64,000 bases of DNA. Origin: Lama glama. Taxonomy: Eukaryota. Position numbers and translations under genes: made by a program. This document shows positions 37,525-51,760 of this stretch, one piece after another. The DNA lies in contig CM052817.1 of NCBI GenBank assembly GCA_028534125.1, forward strand, positions 61,754,001-61,818,000, written 5' to 3'. The notes under the pieces are model-generated. The model had not been told where the DNA came from. It saw only the letters and a list, made by a program, of their open reading frames with translations, and did no database searches. Within the stretch, counting starts at the first letter, position 1. Each line of letters begins with the position of its first letter.

Positions 37525-38000
37525 AGAGTAAATGGACAAAAGGCCAAATAAGCACATGAAAAAAGGCACAACATTTAAGTCATTACGAAAATGGAACTTA
37601 AAACAGTGAGATTCTACTTTACAAGTATTGCTGTAATAAAAAAAAGACAGATGATAATAGGTGTTTGTAAGGGTGTGGAGAAGCTGCAACCTTCATACAT
37701 TGCTGGTGGGGATTAAAATGGTGCAGCCTTTTGGAAAACAGTTTGACAGTTCTTTATGATGTTAAACATCACATCACCATATTACTTAAAACTTCATTCC
37801 TGCTATTTACCCAAGAGGGATGAAAACATACGTTCACCCAAAAACTTGTACGTGAAAGTTGATGGCAACATTATTCATAATAGCTCGAAAGTGGAAACAA
37901 CCTCAATGTCTGTCAGCGAATGAATGGACAAATAAAATGTGTAACGTGTACAATGAAATATTCCAGGATAAAACGAAATGAAGTACTGATACCCAGTGCA
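37525..38000 (+). mobile_element. Old L1M ORF2 3' end
   Basis: 'gtgtggagaagctgcaaccttcatacattgctggtgggga...ggtgcagcc...aagtggaaacaacctcaatgtc'. Confidence 0.85.
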
Positions 38001-38649
38001 GAGGCACTAAGACTAAACTCATTTCATTGATGAGGAAACTACGGTTATGTAACTTATGAAATAACATGAGAAAGATAAAAACTCAAGTCATTTTGACTTC
38101 AGAACACTCACTTAACTTCTAGACTGTGATGTGCTGTTGTTTCTTGTTTTAGATCATTACCCCATCTGTCTTTCCCTTTTCTTCATGGCCCAGCTTTTTG
38201 AAAGAGAGCTCTTATTCCATGTCTCACTTTGCTCCCCCCTCCAATGGAAATAGCTTAGCCATTGGTGCTCTTGTTCCTTTCTTTTTAAACACCTGCTTTG
38301 TTGAAATATAATGCGTACACCATAAAATGTATCCTTGTAAAATGTTCAGTTCAGTGGTATTTAATATCACAGTGTTTTCTGGATGTTGTGCATAGGGGGC
38401 TTGTTTCAGTCATTTTCACGTAGAGTCTTTCCATGGCATTTGACATTGCTGACCACTCCCTCCTGAGTACTCCCTCCTCATTCACCCCTATTCTCGGTTT
38501 CTCAATCTTCTACTTACATTCATAGATGTTTTATAGGCTTTGTGGACTTGTCTTCCTTGACCCACCTTTTAAATGTTGGTATTGGGTTACTTCCCATTAA
38601 ACGTGTCATCACTGAGAGACCTCATGAGTCCGGGAGCCACCTGTGTTGG

Positions 38650-39520
38650 TGTATGGAATACCGTTGTTTTAATTTGCATTTCCTTGATGACGTATGAATT
38701 GGAGCATCTTTCATATGCTTATGTGACATCTGTCTGTTTCCTTTGGTGAGGTGTCTATAAAAGTTCTTGACCCATTTTTCAATTGGGTAGTTTTTTATTG
38801 TTGAGTTATAAGAGTTCTTTGTATATTTTGGATAACAGTCCTTCATTAGATGTCTTTTGCAAATATTTTCTCCCTTGTCTTCTCATTCCCTTGATACTGT
38901 CTTTCTCAGAGCAGACGTTATTAATTTTAATGAATTTCAACTTAAAAATTATTTCTTTCATCAATCATGCCTCTGTTGTATCTAAAAAGTCATCACCATA
39001 TCCAAGGTCATACAGATTTTCTCTATTTTATCTTTTAGGAGTTTTTATAGTTCTGTATTTTACATGTAGATCTGTGATCTATTTTGAGTTATTTTTTTGA
39101 AGGGTGTGTAGTCTTTGTCCAGATTCATTTTTTTTTTTTGCTTGTGGATGTCCAGTTGTTCCAGCACCACTTGTTGAAAAGACTATCTTTGTTTCATTGT
39201 ATCTTTGCTCCTTTGTCAGAGTTGACTCTGTCTGTTTCTGAGCTCTCTGTTCTGTTCCATTGATTTACTTGTCTGTGCTTTCTCTAATACTGCATTGTCT
39301 TGATTACTATAGCTGTGTAGTAAGTCTTGCTGTTAGGTAGTGTCAGTCTTCCAACTTTGTTCTTCAGTGTTGTGTTGGCTATTCTGAGTCTTTTGCCTCT
39401 CCATATAAACTTTAGTATAAGTTTGTTAATATCCAAAAAAAAAATAAGTTGTTGGGATTGCACTGAATCTGTAGATGAACTTGGGAAGAACTGACACTAT
39501 GGCAGTATTGAGTCTTCACA
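38650..39520 (-). mobile_element. Old L1M ORF2 fragment
   Basis: 'gttttaatttgcatttcc...gtccagttgttccagcaccacttgttgaaaagact...gggattgcactgaatctgtagat'. Confidence 0.85.
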
Positions 39521-39819
39521 CCTTTGACTCTCCATGCATTCACTACCCTTCAATCAAATGAAAGGCAGAACTTTTAGTTATTTTTTTTATAGGGCATGTC
39601 AGCTATTTTATTTTTGTCTACTGATTTCCACTGATCAATTTCTTCATCTTATCTTCTTGTTACCATTTATAACTCAATATTAAAATCTAGTAGTTCTTTG
39701 AGAGAAACGGAGGGTAAGGCTTTAATTTTTTTTCTGATGTTGTGAGGGCACTGCTTAGTCTATTTTCTTGCCTGGCCTGAGCAGCCTCTACCTTTTATTC
39801 AAGTAACTGATAATAAAGG

Positions 39820-40040
39820 CAATATGTGGAATTGTAGACCAGTCAGACAGATTGGGGCTGAATTCCAGATATACTGTTTATTAGTTATATGACTTCAGAC
39901 AAGCCACTTAATAACTCCAAGCCTCATTTTCTTTCTCTTGAAAAAGGCAAAAGCATACCATTCTATGAGTGTTGTATTTAGTGTTACAGATAATATTTCT
40001 AAAGCCCCTGTTAGACAGTAATCACTCCATGAATAATAAT
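39820..40040 (+). mobile_element. MIR
   Basis: 'agtcagacagattggggctgaattcc...caagccacttaataactccaagcctcatttt'. Confidence 0.65.
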
Positions 40041-40119
40041 ATTCCCTTTGGGCCACATGCTTCAGGAAGATAGGGGAAGAGTCTTAACCAAAGTCTGTAG
40101 TTTTCATTAAGGCTCTCTC

Positions 40120-40372
40120 TTTGTGTTGTATATGGGTTTTGCCAAATGCATAATGACATGTATCTACCATTACAGTATTAAAAAATATAGATATGTAGTT
40201 TCACTGGCCTAAAATTCCTGAGCTATACCTACTCATCCTTCCTTCCCATCCAAACCCCTGGCAACCACTGACCTTTTTAATGTTTCGATACTTTTGCCTT
40301 GTCCAGAATGTCATGTAGTTGGAATCACACAATACATAGCCTTTTCAGACTGGCTTCTTTCACTTAGCAATT
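40120..40372 (-). mobile_element. Old L1M 3' fragment
   Basis: 'aacccctggcaaccactgacc...ccagaatgtcatgtagttggaatcac...cttttcagactggcttctttcacttagcaat'. Confidence 0.8.
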
Positions 40373-40989
40373 GAATGGACAGTTTTAATGGAGTCAGTGT
40401 CCAGTTTCTCAACTTCTGCATAAACTCTTTATTAATGTTGATCTGACTCAGGGCAGTGCTTTATGCACAGCAGTCTTTCTCTTACTATGCAGAAGAAAGG
40501 AACACCCTCATCCATCCCAAATCATACTACAGCGCATTATCCTGGGGCCATAGAAAACTTAGTGAAAAATTTTAAATTAATGCCTTAAATTTTTGTTGTA
40601 GAGAAGTATGATAGGGTGAAAAATGAGACTTAATTGTTAAAGACATTACATAAAAATTCCATGAGGAAGTGAGATAAAAATATAGGTCAAAAAATAGCAA
40701 TGTAAAATTTTCAGCTGTTTAAAGAAGGGTCTATTCATGTATTTTTAAAAATGATTAATGGTTTTATTACTGTGGATTTAGGTTCTATTGAGTATTCTTA
40801 AAATAGTTGATAGAAGTTCTGTTCTAAAACGTCAATAATTCTAATAGGGCAGAAATTAAATTCTTTTCAAGTACGTATTTTACCACAAGTGAAAAATTGT
40901 ACTTGTTAACTTGGTAATGTGTGAGTGGTTATATATTTTTCCAAAATTCTTTTAAGTGTCTGAATGAAAACAGTTGAAGACTACTAGCC

Positions 40990-41475
40990 TACTGTATAAA
41001 ACCCAAGTTTATTAACCTGGTATATAAAACCCTTCATCACCTTCTCCTTCTAGTCTTTTTTTTTTTTTAATTTAACCATTTCCTGCTTCATATTTTGTGC
41101 TTCAGCAGGAAAGAATTTGAAAGCTCTGTATTCTGCTTTTTCCTACCTCTCTGTCCTTATCGTACTAGGCTTTCTCTTCTTTGCCTCTCTGCCGCCTACT
41201 CTTTCTCTAAGGTGCAGAATTCTTGATTGAGGGGTTGCCTGCATACCACCACTTCGTACTGGCTCAGATGCTCCTGTTCAATGGGCCCTTGCTCCCCTCC
41301 TGGTCTGCATCACCGTGCTGACACACTGTTTTGTCATTAGCTTTTTTTTCCTGTGAAATTGGACTGAAAGTTCTCAGAGTGGAGCTATGTTTCATCTTCG
41401 GCTCCTCAGCACCTACCTATATACTTCTCCTGGTATTAAGTTAATTTACTGGGCACATACTGATTGTTGAATGAA
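40990..41475 (+). mobile_element. L2 relic
   Basis: Diverged L2 3' motifs ending 'ctcctcagcacct...ttgttgaatgaa'. Confidence 0.5.
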
Positions 41476-41689
41476 ACAAGTAAAAGTAGATTTCAACTGT
41501 TAGAATGTTATTTCTTGTGCATAACTTTTTTTAGGAGGGTCCATTAAACTGTTAAAGGCTGTTGTTGTTTTGTGCTAGTTATTTTTCTGGCTGTAATATT
41601 TGCTCTTCCTGATAAGGTTTTCAGTAAGACTTCACATGAAGATCAGATTTTGAACCTAAAAAATGAGTTTAAGAACCATTCTTACAATA

Positions 41690-41850
41690 GAAGTAGCACA
41701 GCATTGTGAGCAATAAGGCAAGTCCTTCTAGTCTTGGCTCTGCCACAGACTTGCCATATGATTGTGGGTAAATTATCTGGTCTGGAGGTCAGTTTTCTCA
41801 TCTATTAAATGAGTAAGTGACCAGATTATTTCTTAAGTTTCCTTTAGTCC
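41690..41850 (+). mobile_element. MIR
   Basis: 'tcttggctctgccacagacttgccatatgattgtgggtaa...tcagttttctcatctattaaatg'. Confidence 0.7.
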
Positions 41851-42619
41851 CGATTTAATCAGGAGAGGAAATTTCAATAAAGTGAACATATCATTATTCT
41901 TGGCAAGAAGAATAAAGAATGTGGGCTTGATTTATTTCCTGATCATTCATACTGTAGACGTTATATGTGGTACATGCAGATAATGCTGCCTTGTTCATAC
42001 CTCCTACAGATTATGTAGTCATGGCTTAGATTTTATCCTTAATTTTAAGAAAAGTAAAATAATTCAAATTGTCATAATGGAAAATCTAGAAGTGTTTAAT
42101 ATAATACATTGTTCATATAATTCCCAGATTATATTTTAGCTTCTTTCACCAAATACATAATTTGATCTTATTGATACTAGACTTTCCAATGCACTTCTGT
42201 CATTCTGGGAATGAGTTGATTTATGTTGAAACATTTCTTTGTGGCCAGTTACTCAGTCACTGCAGCTTTATTCAATGAAACGCAATATTATAAACAGTTA
42301 CAAAACTGCTTTCCTACATCTTTTGGTCATTCTTAATATGTAGCAATTCAGTTTTATAAAGCTAGATTTAATGACATTTAGGTATGGCTTTTATTAAGGG
42401 TTTGAAATTATGTTGTTTGGCCAAAACAAAGGCAGTATTTCCTTTCTTGTCTTCCACTAAACCCACCCCCCTTTTCTCTACCTGCTTGAGGAAAACTGTA
42501 TTTCTTTAGACATACCTCATAATTGCCCTTCTGTGCCTGATTTGGGCCTCAGGAAAGGCCCATAGCATCTGTAAAGCTGGCAGCAAAATGGTATTTCCAG
42601 GCAGGCACAGGATTGCTGG

Positions 42620-42991
42620 GTAGTGAGCCAATCCACAGCTTTGTCTGAGCAGCTGAGAACTTTGACGGAGTATTACCACGGTGTTCAGTAACACAGACCT
42701 GTGCCACGAGCAAGTAAAGCACTGAGCAAGTGTCAGGGTCAATATTTATAGACCACTACGTAGCCGCCTTGCAGAGAGAGAAAACGAGAGAGAAACACGC
42801 ACACACAGGGCAAGGACAGAAAGGCTGCAGTGGAGGGGACGTTAATTTCCAATTTTCTTCTTTAAAAGAAATTTTTTTTTTAATTGTCAGGTTCAAACTT
42901 CTGCTGAATCACAACCATTTGCCCCTGAGCTATGACAGGAGAGGAAACAAAAAGTTAAAGGAGCCAGCCTGCCATACACAAGAAGGTAAGT
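42620..42991 (+). promoter_or_regulatory. Candidate internal promoter and non-coding first (or cassette) exon
   Basis: CCAAT 42628-42632; forkhead-like GTCAATA 42738-42744; TATTTATA 42743-42750; GA/CA-rich leader; acceptor T-tract+aattgtcag ending 42890; consensus donor AAG|gtaagt after 42985. Confidence 0.45.
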
Positions 42992-45900
42992 AATTAGCCA
43001 GTTCGGTCTCGCTGTTTCTTGTAAACCCCATCTCCCTGTTGGCTGCTCTACATCAGTGAGCAGAGGGCCGTGTGGCATGTGAAAGCTAGTAAGGAGGGGC
43101 TGGCTGCTGGTGAAGAGAGTTCTTGGTGGCCGTGTGGTTTTGTGTTCTGCTCCTAAGACTGCTGTGTGCATTCATCATACACTGAAATGACGTGGGTGGT
43201 GGGAATGGCTCTTGAACGCTGATTTCATGTTGTGTCCTATCAGTAAGTTTCTGTTTCTTCAATCTGTCATACGTGAAGTCTTCTGATTGGTAAATTCCTG
43301 TTTACCTTTATACTGGTATTAAAACAGGAATATGAGTAGGTTGTAGTGGAGGGTGGTCTAGAAATAGAATAGGGGGAAAATTCAGATGAATGTGTGAAAT
43401 GTTGTAGACGTTATCAAAGTGTGCCAGCTCTGAATGTGAACAACATGGGGTCTTTTTAAAAGAAAGCTGGTGACCGTTTGACAGTGCACTGAAAGGAAAT
43501 AATGACTATGTTTGGGGACAGAGTGATAGTGAAAGGTGCAAAGGATTTAGCATTTAGGAGAATTTCTCTGCTTGCCCAAGTGATTTGCTAGATTGGTTCC
43601 TCACAAAATGTGATTTCTCTGCTAAAGACATGAATATCTCTTGCTCTGCATCAGCAGTTTGTTTTCTCCTTTCATCCCAGGTCGTACTTCGACACGTGCT
43701 TCTCTACGTGTCCACAGTGCTGTCGTTTTTACAGCATGGTCATTTATCATTGTTTTGCATATTCCAGATTAACATTAAAAGCAGTGGTGCTGAAGGGGGA
43801 CAGAAAGAAATTATTTTGTATGTTTTCTGATTTAGAAATTTATATACTTAAGTGTTTTATGTCTAGTGCACATGGCTCCGAAAGTAAGTATGTTGCTTTG
43901 CTGTAGGTGTGGCATTAATTAGATGAAACTTCTCTGACAGAGTGAAAGTTTCCGTGTCATTGTTGGTCCTTAATTGTGGAAGCTAAACATTTGTGGATAT
44001 TTAAAATTTTTAGGCTAAGTTATAGATGGTAATTATAGTTCCAAAGGGTTTTCTGTATTACATTGTTTAAAGTAAAAACAAAAATAATATGAAAGTTGTT
44101 GTAGAGCTTAGACTGTAGGCCCAAAAGAGGAAGAACTAATACTCAGGCAGAGGTTTTGTATTAGGGCCAATATTCAGAAACAGCTCACTGTAAAATAGGC
44201 TAAACCACATCCAAAACAGCAGGTGAAATAGATCTAAATGTAAAGTAAACATCTTAAAATGAGGCCAGTAGTTGTAGAATATCACTGTTGTTGAATCAGA
44301 TAAAATTGAAAAAATAATACGAAATCTTTCAAAATCAATTTTTAATTCATATATGGCTTAAGACTAATATCTGAATTTAAACTGTATTTTAACGTTCATT
44401 TACTGCTTGTTTTAGCTTCTGAATCAGCTTTTTCTTTGTACTTTTTCAAGTACTGCCTATTTCTTAATGAGTTTGATTTAGATTTTTGATAGCAATATGT
44501 TTATTTTGAAAATGCAACTGTGGTTGATCTAGAATGGGCATTTCTCAGTTAAGTTTTTCTTTGCCTACTGCCTTTGAGTAATGTCTCACGATCAAGATGG
44601 TGATTTCAGTTATTTATTTACTATCTTGTATTTATTCACTTTATATGTTGCATAAATAACATGATATTCAATCAGTGATAAATGATTTCTTATGACTTTT
44701 ATTTTATTTTTTTACTTTTATTCATCTGATATCTTGTTTGTGAAGTACCCTGTGGAAACTCTGGGCAGAAAACAACCTGATAAAATTACTAAAATAAAAA
44801 TAGACTAAAAGTTTTCCTTTTAATAAAGAGGAAATAGAAAATTGTGCTTCTGGTTGACAATGTCTAAAATGGGATATATTTTGGTTGAAGGCTGGTTGAG
44901 CATTTTAAAACCTGAAACACCATCTCAATATTATTTTTGACTTTAATGTCAGTGCTGATGTGGATTATTTATCATATTTGTAAATAATATTTTATATGTA
45001 GACGTATTATATAAAATGGAGATGGGATCTTTTGTATCGTGTTTTACCTACCTATTGAAGTAAGAGTGGTGAATTTAGCTTGAAATGTTACTATTAACCT
45101 CCTAATAGATCTCACTGCCCTGTCTCGTTTGCTGCACGAGTCCATATGCTGTGCTGCTTTTAGAGTGATCAGTCTCCCACCCTGTGAACCCTTCGCTTTC
45201 CTGCTAAAGCCCTCCCACCCCTGGCTCTCTGTTGCTCATAGATAAAGGTCAGGCTTCTTGGCGCGATGGGTCTCTTCTTGATCTAGCTGCTCCTTTTGTT
45301 GTGTAGTCATCTTCTGCTGTTCCTTGTGGGCTGTTTCCCACATGTCTCTTGTCTCTACCCATAAGAGATTTCCCTTCCCTCTGTAACAACACTCCAGTGT
45401 TATTGAATATTTTGTATTTCTCAAAGCAGCCCATACTGTTTTATTCCTTTTTGGAATTACGTTGCTCCCTCTATCTTGAGAACTCTCTCCCTGTCTTTGC
45501 CTGCAGCCTTAGTAAAGGCATCCCTCCCCAGATGCCCTCCTGGTCCACTGTCAGCCTCTGGACTCCTGTATAGAACATTGTCAAAACAATGGTTTTAAAA
45601 AAATTTTGTTTCTTTCTTCCAACACTTAAAGTAGTGTGTGTATGTTCATCTACGGAAGTAGACATTTGTTGAACTTGTAAAGTATTTGAATGACACAAGT
45701 TCAAAATTATATTGGTTAGCCCATGCAAATTCAGGATTTATAGTCTCAAGATGTTGTTTAATTAACTTGATAAAATCTAATCAGCTAGTTGCTGTACCCA
45801 CATGGACTGCTGAAGTAAATTAAATGATGCTCTAGTAAATGAAGATAGTGTTGCACTTTCCAAAAGACCCAGAGAGAATCTCAGGAGAGAAGGGGTCCAT

Positions 45901-48809
45901 CCATCCTTGTGTATCCTAGAGAATTACAGAGTAGAATGACTCCCAGTGTTACTGATAAGATTACACATCCTAATTTTATTTCCCACTGTAGAGAAAGTTA
46001 AGATTTTAAGGAAATAATAGAAAATCATGGATTAAAAATTCTCAAATCTGAAAGGTGAAACTTAAAGTCAGTCAGAAGAATAATTTTCTCCTCCAAATAG
46101 AAATGTTGAAAGAAAAGGATGTCAATGTTTAAAAAAGCGGTTGAGAAATAGCAGCTGTTTCTTTTAGTTCTGATGCTCAATACAATTTTATTTTGTTTTT
46201 GTGTTTTGTTTTTCCACCGTACATAAAAATACTTACTTTGCATATGAAATAATTTGTATACCAGAATCAAAGGTAAAGTTTCATGCATGATTTAGAGTAA
46301 TTCACAGCTTTTCTCATTTTGGTTGCTTTTACTTCTCAGCATAGCCTGCCAGCAGTTCCCACTGCTGTTGGAGCCTTACACACCCCTTCCAGCTACTGAG
46401 TATGACTCTTCTGTTTATTTAACCTTGAATTGTGTCTTTCTTAGGAATGAAAACAAGATTAGTATTTTTGTAGGAAAATTTGGTAGCTTTTTAATTTGCT
46501 TGGAATGGACCATAATTCAATCTATAATTTCTCTTCAGATTTATTTTGCCCACATAACTATCCTGTAGTTAAATAGGTATGGATAAGATGCCTCACCAGA
46601 CATACAGGTATACATTTTATGCATCTTGCTGTCATATCAAGTCATATAAATATTATAAAACCGGAAGAGCATGGACTTAGAAACATACCTAGTTTCCATC
46701 AGCCAGTGATGAGAGAAACCTCAGCTTGCCTCAATGTGAGATTATAGCAAAAACAAGCACAAGCAAAACATATCACCACCACTACCACCAAGAAGAGGTC
46801 AAAGAGTTTGGTTGGAGTGAGTCATAAAGAAGTTGCCAAAACAATTAAAGTATTTTTATTATTGTTAGCAGCTTAGCTTGCCAATCCAGGTTTTTCCATA
46901 GCTTTGCATGGCATAGAATTCATAGAACATGGGAGAAGAATGAATGAATTATGGAAGCAGAACCTTCAAACTCTTCTACAACTTTTTTTTTATACATGTG
47001 GGCAAATATGGTACAAAGTGGTAATGTGACTTGCCAAAAATCAGCTTTTAAAGTAACTAGTTAGATTTTGATTTTAAAATACATAATTGTAAGACCAGAT
47101 CACTGTGGCTTCTCCTATCATTTATAGTTGCTTTATTTTTATTCTGTGTATTGCATGTAAAGCTTAATTTGTTGCATCTTTGTGTTTTGTGTTGTGTTAG
47201 ACTCCTCTGCATTATTTCATAACCCCTGAAAGTTAGCTATTAATTATTGACCCCAACTGAGATGGAGGACTTTTCCACTCATAATCATAGTCCAAAATTT
47301 TTTGCTTATTTTTTAATGACAGATACTCTTTCCAGCTTTCCTGAGTTCTCCCATGCTTTTTGGTAGTACAATTAGATTTATGCCCCCATAAACATTCTCC
47401 TTTTCAATAGAACATGGCAGACAATCCTGCAGCAAAAAAACAGAAACTGCAGAAACAAATTTAATACTTTGATTATATCTAAGAGCTTCTAATAGGGAAC
47501 ATATATTGTATATTGTTTTATAACTTTGTTTTAAGATGATTGCTCTAATTACAGCTGGAAAATTTCTGATTAAAACAAAAATCAAGGGACCACATGTGCT
47601 TTTAGATTATATTGACTTTCATTTAAGAGTCTTTAAAAAATGTAAATAATTAATGGGGCAGAGAGGAGCAAATGAAGCTTGTTTTGTACATGTCATCATC
47701 TTATAAGACTTTGCTTCTCTGTTCCTTTCCCTACCACTCCCAAAGAAATTGGAGCTCTTTGGTTTTTTCCCATTCTTATTAATACTAAGGTCCCTGAAAA
47801 CAATTGCTTGTATATTTAAAGATGAAAGAATTTTGAGCAAATAGCTGAAGGTTGTTCTCAGCCTTAGCCTGTGATTTCTATCTGTACCTTCCCATTTCCT
47901 CTTTTCCTCACATCAACTTCACAGTGACTGTTTCTGCTCCACTCTCCAATCAATGAAAAGTCTGAATATCCCTTAGAGAACATTTCCCATCAGATTGATA
48001 CTTCCACTTCAAATATGTATTACCTATCTTCTCAAACTCTTGCCTACTAAGAGATTTATGATTTTTAAATGCTTGCTCCCATGATAGAAAAAATGATGTT
48101 TTATTTATGTTTTTAATTACTAGTGAACTTGAATCTGAGGGGATTATTAGTTATTAACATTTCATTTTTTTATCATTTATCTATTTATATCCTTGCTCTT
48201 CAAAGGCTGTATTTCCCTTACTGGCTTGGAAGCATTTTTTTTTTTTAATCAAAGGATCTTGATTCTTTAAAGTCCTGTTAATTGTAACTGGTTTTTGATT
48301 CTTTTAAGTTTTGTTTTATGTAGTTTGAAATGTGAGTGAAATATCTTTATTAAAGCTGATCAATATTTTCTTCATCTCCTTTGAAACTTAGAATGCTCTT
48401 TACAATCCAGAAATATGAAAAATATTTTTTTACATTTTATGATTTAATTTATTTAATTGTTATTCTGTGATTCACAAGGAATATTTTAACTAAATACTTC
48501 AGTACTTTTGTTAAATCATTAGTCCCCTTTCCCATTTTTTTCTAAAGTCACCTTTAACTTATGCTCCTGTGGTGCAAATTTAAATCTTGTGTTACCTCTC
48601 AAATTGGAGAGCTTCATCGTTAAGGAATAAAGTTGATGTTTCTTATTAAATAAGATTTGAGCATTGGCACATGTTAGGGTGCCGTTGGACTTAACTGGCA
48701 TGTTCCATGAAATTACTGCAGACAGGAGGCTGCATTTATTACCTGTGTTAACACAGACATAATAAGAATATGAATCTGTGTGAGTGATAAATTATGCATT
48801 AATAATAAT

Positions 48810-49035
48810 CACCATTTACCAAGGGTTTCTTGATATATATCTGGCATTCTATCAAGAACTATAACTATATGATTTCATGTAATCTTTGTAACAGACCACT
48901 GAGTGACTTACTCTGATTTTTTTTTTTTCCAGAAAAACTGAGACCCCAGGATGTAAGGTAGCTTGATCTGCTTCACATAGCTAATAAATGGTAGGGTCAT
49001 GATCTAATCTCAGATCTGACCAAAGTCCATTATTT
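48810..49035 (-). mobile_element. MIR
   Basis: 'atttcatgtaatctttgtaacag...gaaaaactgagaccc...cacatagctaataaatggtaggg'. Confidence 0.7.
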
Positions 49036-51599
49036 TTAAGGAATCATTGCCAAATAGAGAAATTATGTTTTTTGCTATATATTTTAAGAGCTGCAGGTCT
49101 ATAGGAGTCCGATGACAAGAACTGTCCCAAGGGTTCTTGGGTCCATCTGTGAAGAAATGAGCTCAAGAACCATGACTTTCAAAATCTAAATAGAGACAAG
49201 TCAATGAAATCAGTGATGTGAGGAGCCGTTTACAGTTTGGGGTTAGTACTGAAGATACCAGAATCTCAAGAGGGACAGAAACAACCCTACACTTTGAATC
49301 AGTTTAAAATCAGCTAAAAAATGTTTAACTTCTTCGGATTTTAGAACCTCTATTGGTTTTGTAATTTTCCTTTATTCCAAGCCAACTTATTCAGTTCTCC
49401 CTCATATGCTCAACACACATTACTCTTGGCTCCCTCACCTACCTGCCCATGACCTTAGCAAGGAAATTGGCAAGGAGCTGCCAGGTCAGCAGGGAATGAC
49501 TGTTCCATCTGAGTCCCTGTTTTTGTAACTACAGGTTTCATTCAGGGAAGAAATGAGTCTACCTAGCTGACAGCCTTCACTATCATCTCTATTTTGAGCT
49601 TCTCAGTTAAGAGACTCACAGTTGTTGCTGTGGTATAAAGCTTTGGTATTTAAAGCAGGAAAGGAAATTCTAGATATTTTAACATTATTAGAACTCAGTA
49701 CTTAGGCACTAATTGATTACCTGGAGTGATGTAAAAGGATACCTTTATCTGCTATGAATGAACGTAACTCATAAATAGAGTTTGTATATGTTGGAGGCAG
49801 GAATTCACATACAAAAGTGTATACAAAGACATCGTTTGCAGTCTGAGTTGTTTGTTATACATTTGACCATCATGAAGTAATGTTTTCCTCTTTAACTCAA
49901 GGCAAACGATTTTGCTTAAAGATGATATAGTATTTTTTTCTCCTTAGGTCACTGTGCCCTTTGTTGATACATTGGTGCGTCTATGCTAAGATTTACAGTA
50001 CACTTCACTGGGGTTTTGTTTATAGCCCTGCCTTGGAACACTTGAAAATAAATTGTGCCTTTTAGTTAATAAGCAGGTTATTCTTGTGTTACCACTTGAA
50101 AAAGTATGCATTAGTATCTGTACTAATTAACAATCTTAAAAATTCTAAATATATTATTTCTCCTTTTTTTATTCATCTTTTTTAGTTTCCTGTTTTAAAG
50201 ATGATTAGAACTGCACACTGTGTAGTTGGAACATGATTCCATTTATGATTTCATACGTTAATTCCTCAGGTAAATACTGACTTTTTTCTGTGTGTAAGAT
50301 TCACTTCATTGAGAGTCTCTCTCTTTTCTATTTCTCTCTATGCCAAGTTTAACTTCAACAGAAAATTAATATATCTTTATTCCCAGTGGTAGTTTAGCTT
50401 ACTAACCTTGAAATTTATTTCTGTGTTTGTTGTCAGAGGCTGGTTGGCAAATGAAACTTGACAATAATAGAGAAGGAAAGCATGGTGACCTAGGACACAC
50501 TGTTCTATTGAAGTAATTCACGGTTCTTTGAGTGTGTAAAGTTTTTTGTTTATTTGTTTTAAATTAGCCAACATACAATGCGTATAGTCTTTTGAGTTAC
50601 TCATTAATACTCCACGTGTAATCCTTTTAAATTATTATTGGTAGAAATAGACAATTATTTAGAATGATTTTTTTTTCTTGTACCGTTGCAGTCTAAAGTA
50701 GTTTGGTACAGCTTCCAGAGCACAATGTGAGCATAAAATATGACTGCCGAAGCCGTGTGTTCTTAACTAGGGGAGCTGGCTTTTTGGTCAATTTGAAGCT
50801 GTTGTTATACTGCATGTAGGAAAATAGAAAAGGAATGTGATATTTATGCTAACATGGTTTCAGTTTCTCAATAAGTTAAACTGCGTATGATTTGCCCCAA
50901 GGTTGAGAATCAGGTTTGTTTTTTTTTTTTTAATTTGGTTAAATTTTACCAAAGTATTTTCTGTGACATACATATGTTTTTCTTAACTGTGTATTGTCAG
51001 TGGTATTAATTGATGCTTTTAGAGACATAAAGCATACTTCAGATCAAACACTGGTTTACAGATAAGGCATGCGGAACACGCAGATAGCCGTTGTCCATTG
51101 CACTTCTATCCTGTACTTACTGTAAGGCTATACTGCTCATTTCTACATGTTGAGCAGTTCAACCAACAGGCTGACCTGAGATGACCTGGTGGCCGGCACA
51201 GAATCACCTATCCAGCCAAGAGCCACGCAAGCGCTCAGTCCCCTCTCTCTCTGCCACTTTGTCTCATCACCCTGTCCTGCCTCCCTAGTTACTTTCTTCC
51301 TTTCCCTGCTCCCAGTTCCCCATAATACCAAATTGTTACTGATTTTTAACTTCAGATTTTTCCTTCTCTTCCATCTATTTCCCAGTTACCTCAGAAAACT
51401 TTTTTGTGCAATTTGAAGAAAATCTTTCCACTTTTAACAGAAATATTAATGCCTGGAAGTAAGAAGAAACTAGTATCACAAAATATTATAATGCCATTAG
51501 TATATTTCACAATTTCCTTAAAGTCATTTATTCTCTGGTTTTTACAAAATGGTGACTTGGTCAACATTATGCCATGAATATTTGTATGTATGACAACAA

Positions 51600-51760
51600 T
51601 CTCTTTTAACCCTTAACCATAATTCTGTGAAGTGGTTATTATTATCTGTATAAGATGAAGAAATGGAAATTGAAGGTTAAATAAGCATGCCTAAGCTTAC
51701 ACAGGTTGGAAAGTAGGAGATGCAGGATTAAGTCCTGGTTCTTTCTGACTCTAAAAGCTT
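51600..51760 (-). mobile_element. MIR
   Basis: 'agatgaagaaatgga...ggttaaataagcatgcctaagcttacacagg...tctgactctaaa'. Confidence 0.65.

Noticed and set aside
36988..42930. Shared 15-mer ccatttgcccctgag at ~36988 and ~42915
   Set aside because: A few 15-mer matches are expected by chance in 64 kb, and the similarity does not extend
43274..43331. Inverted repeat attcctgttt…aaacaggaat as a miRNA hairpin
   Set aside because: Only a 10-bp AT-rich stem with a poorly paired interior
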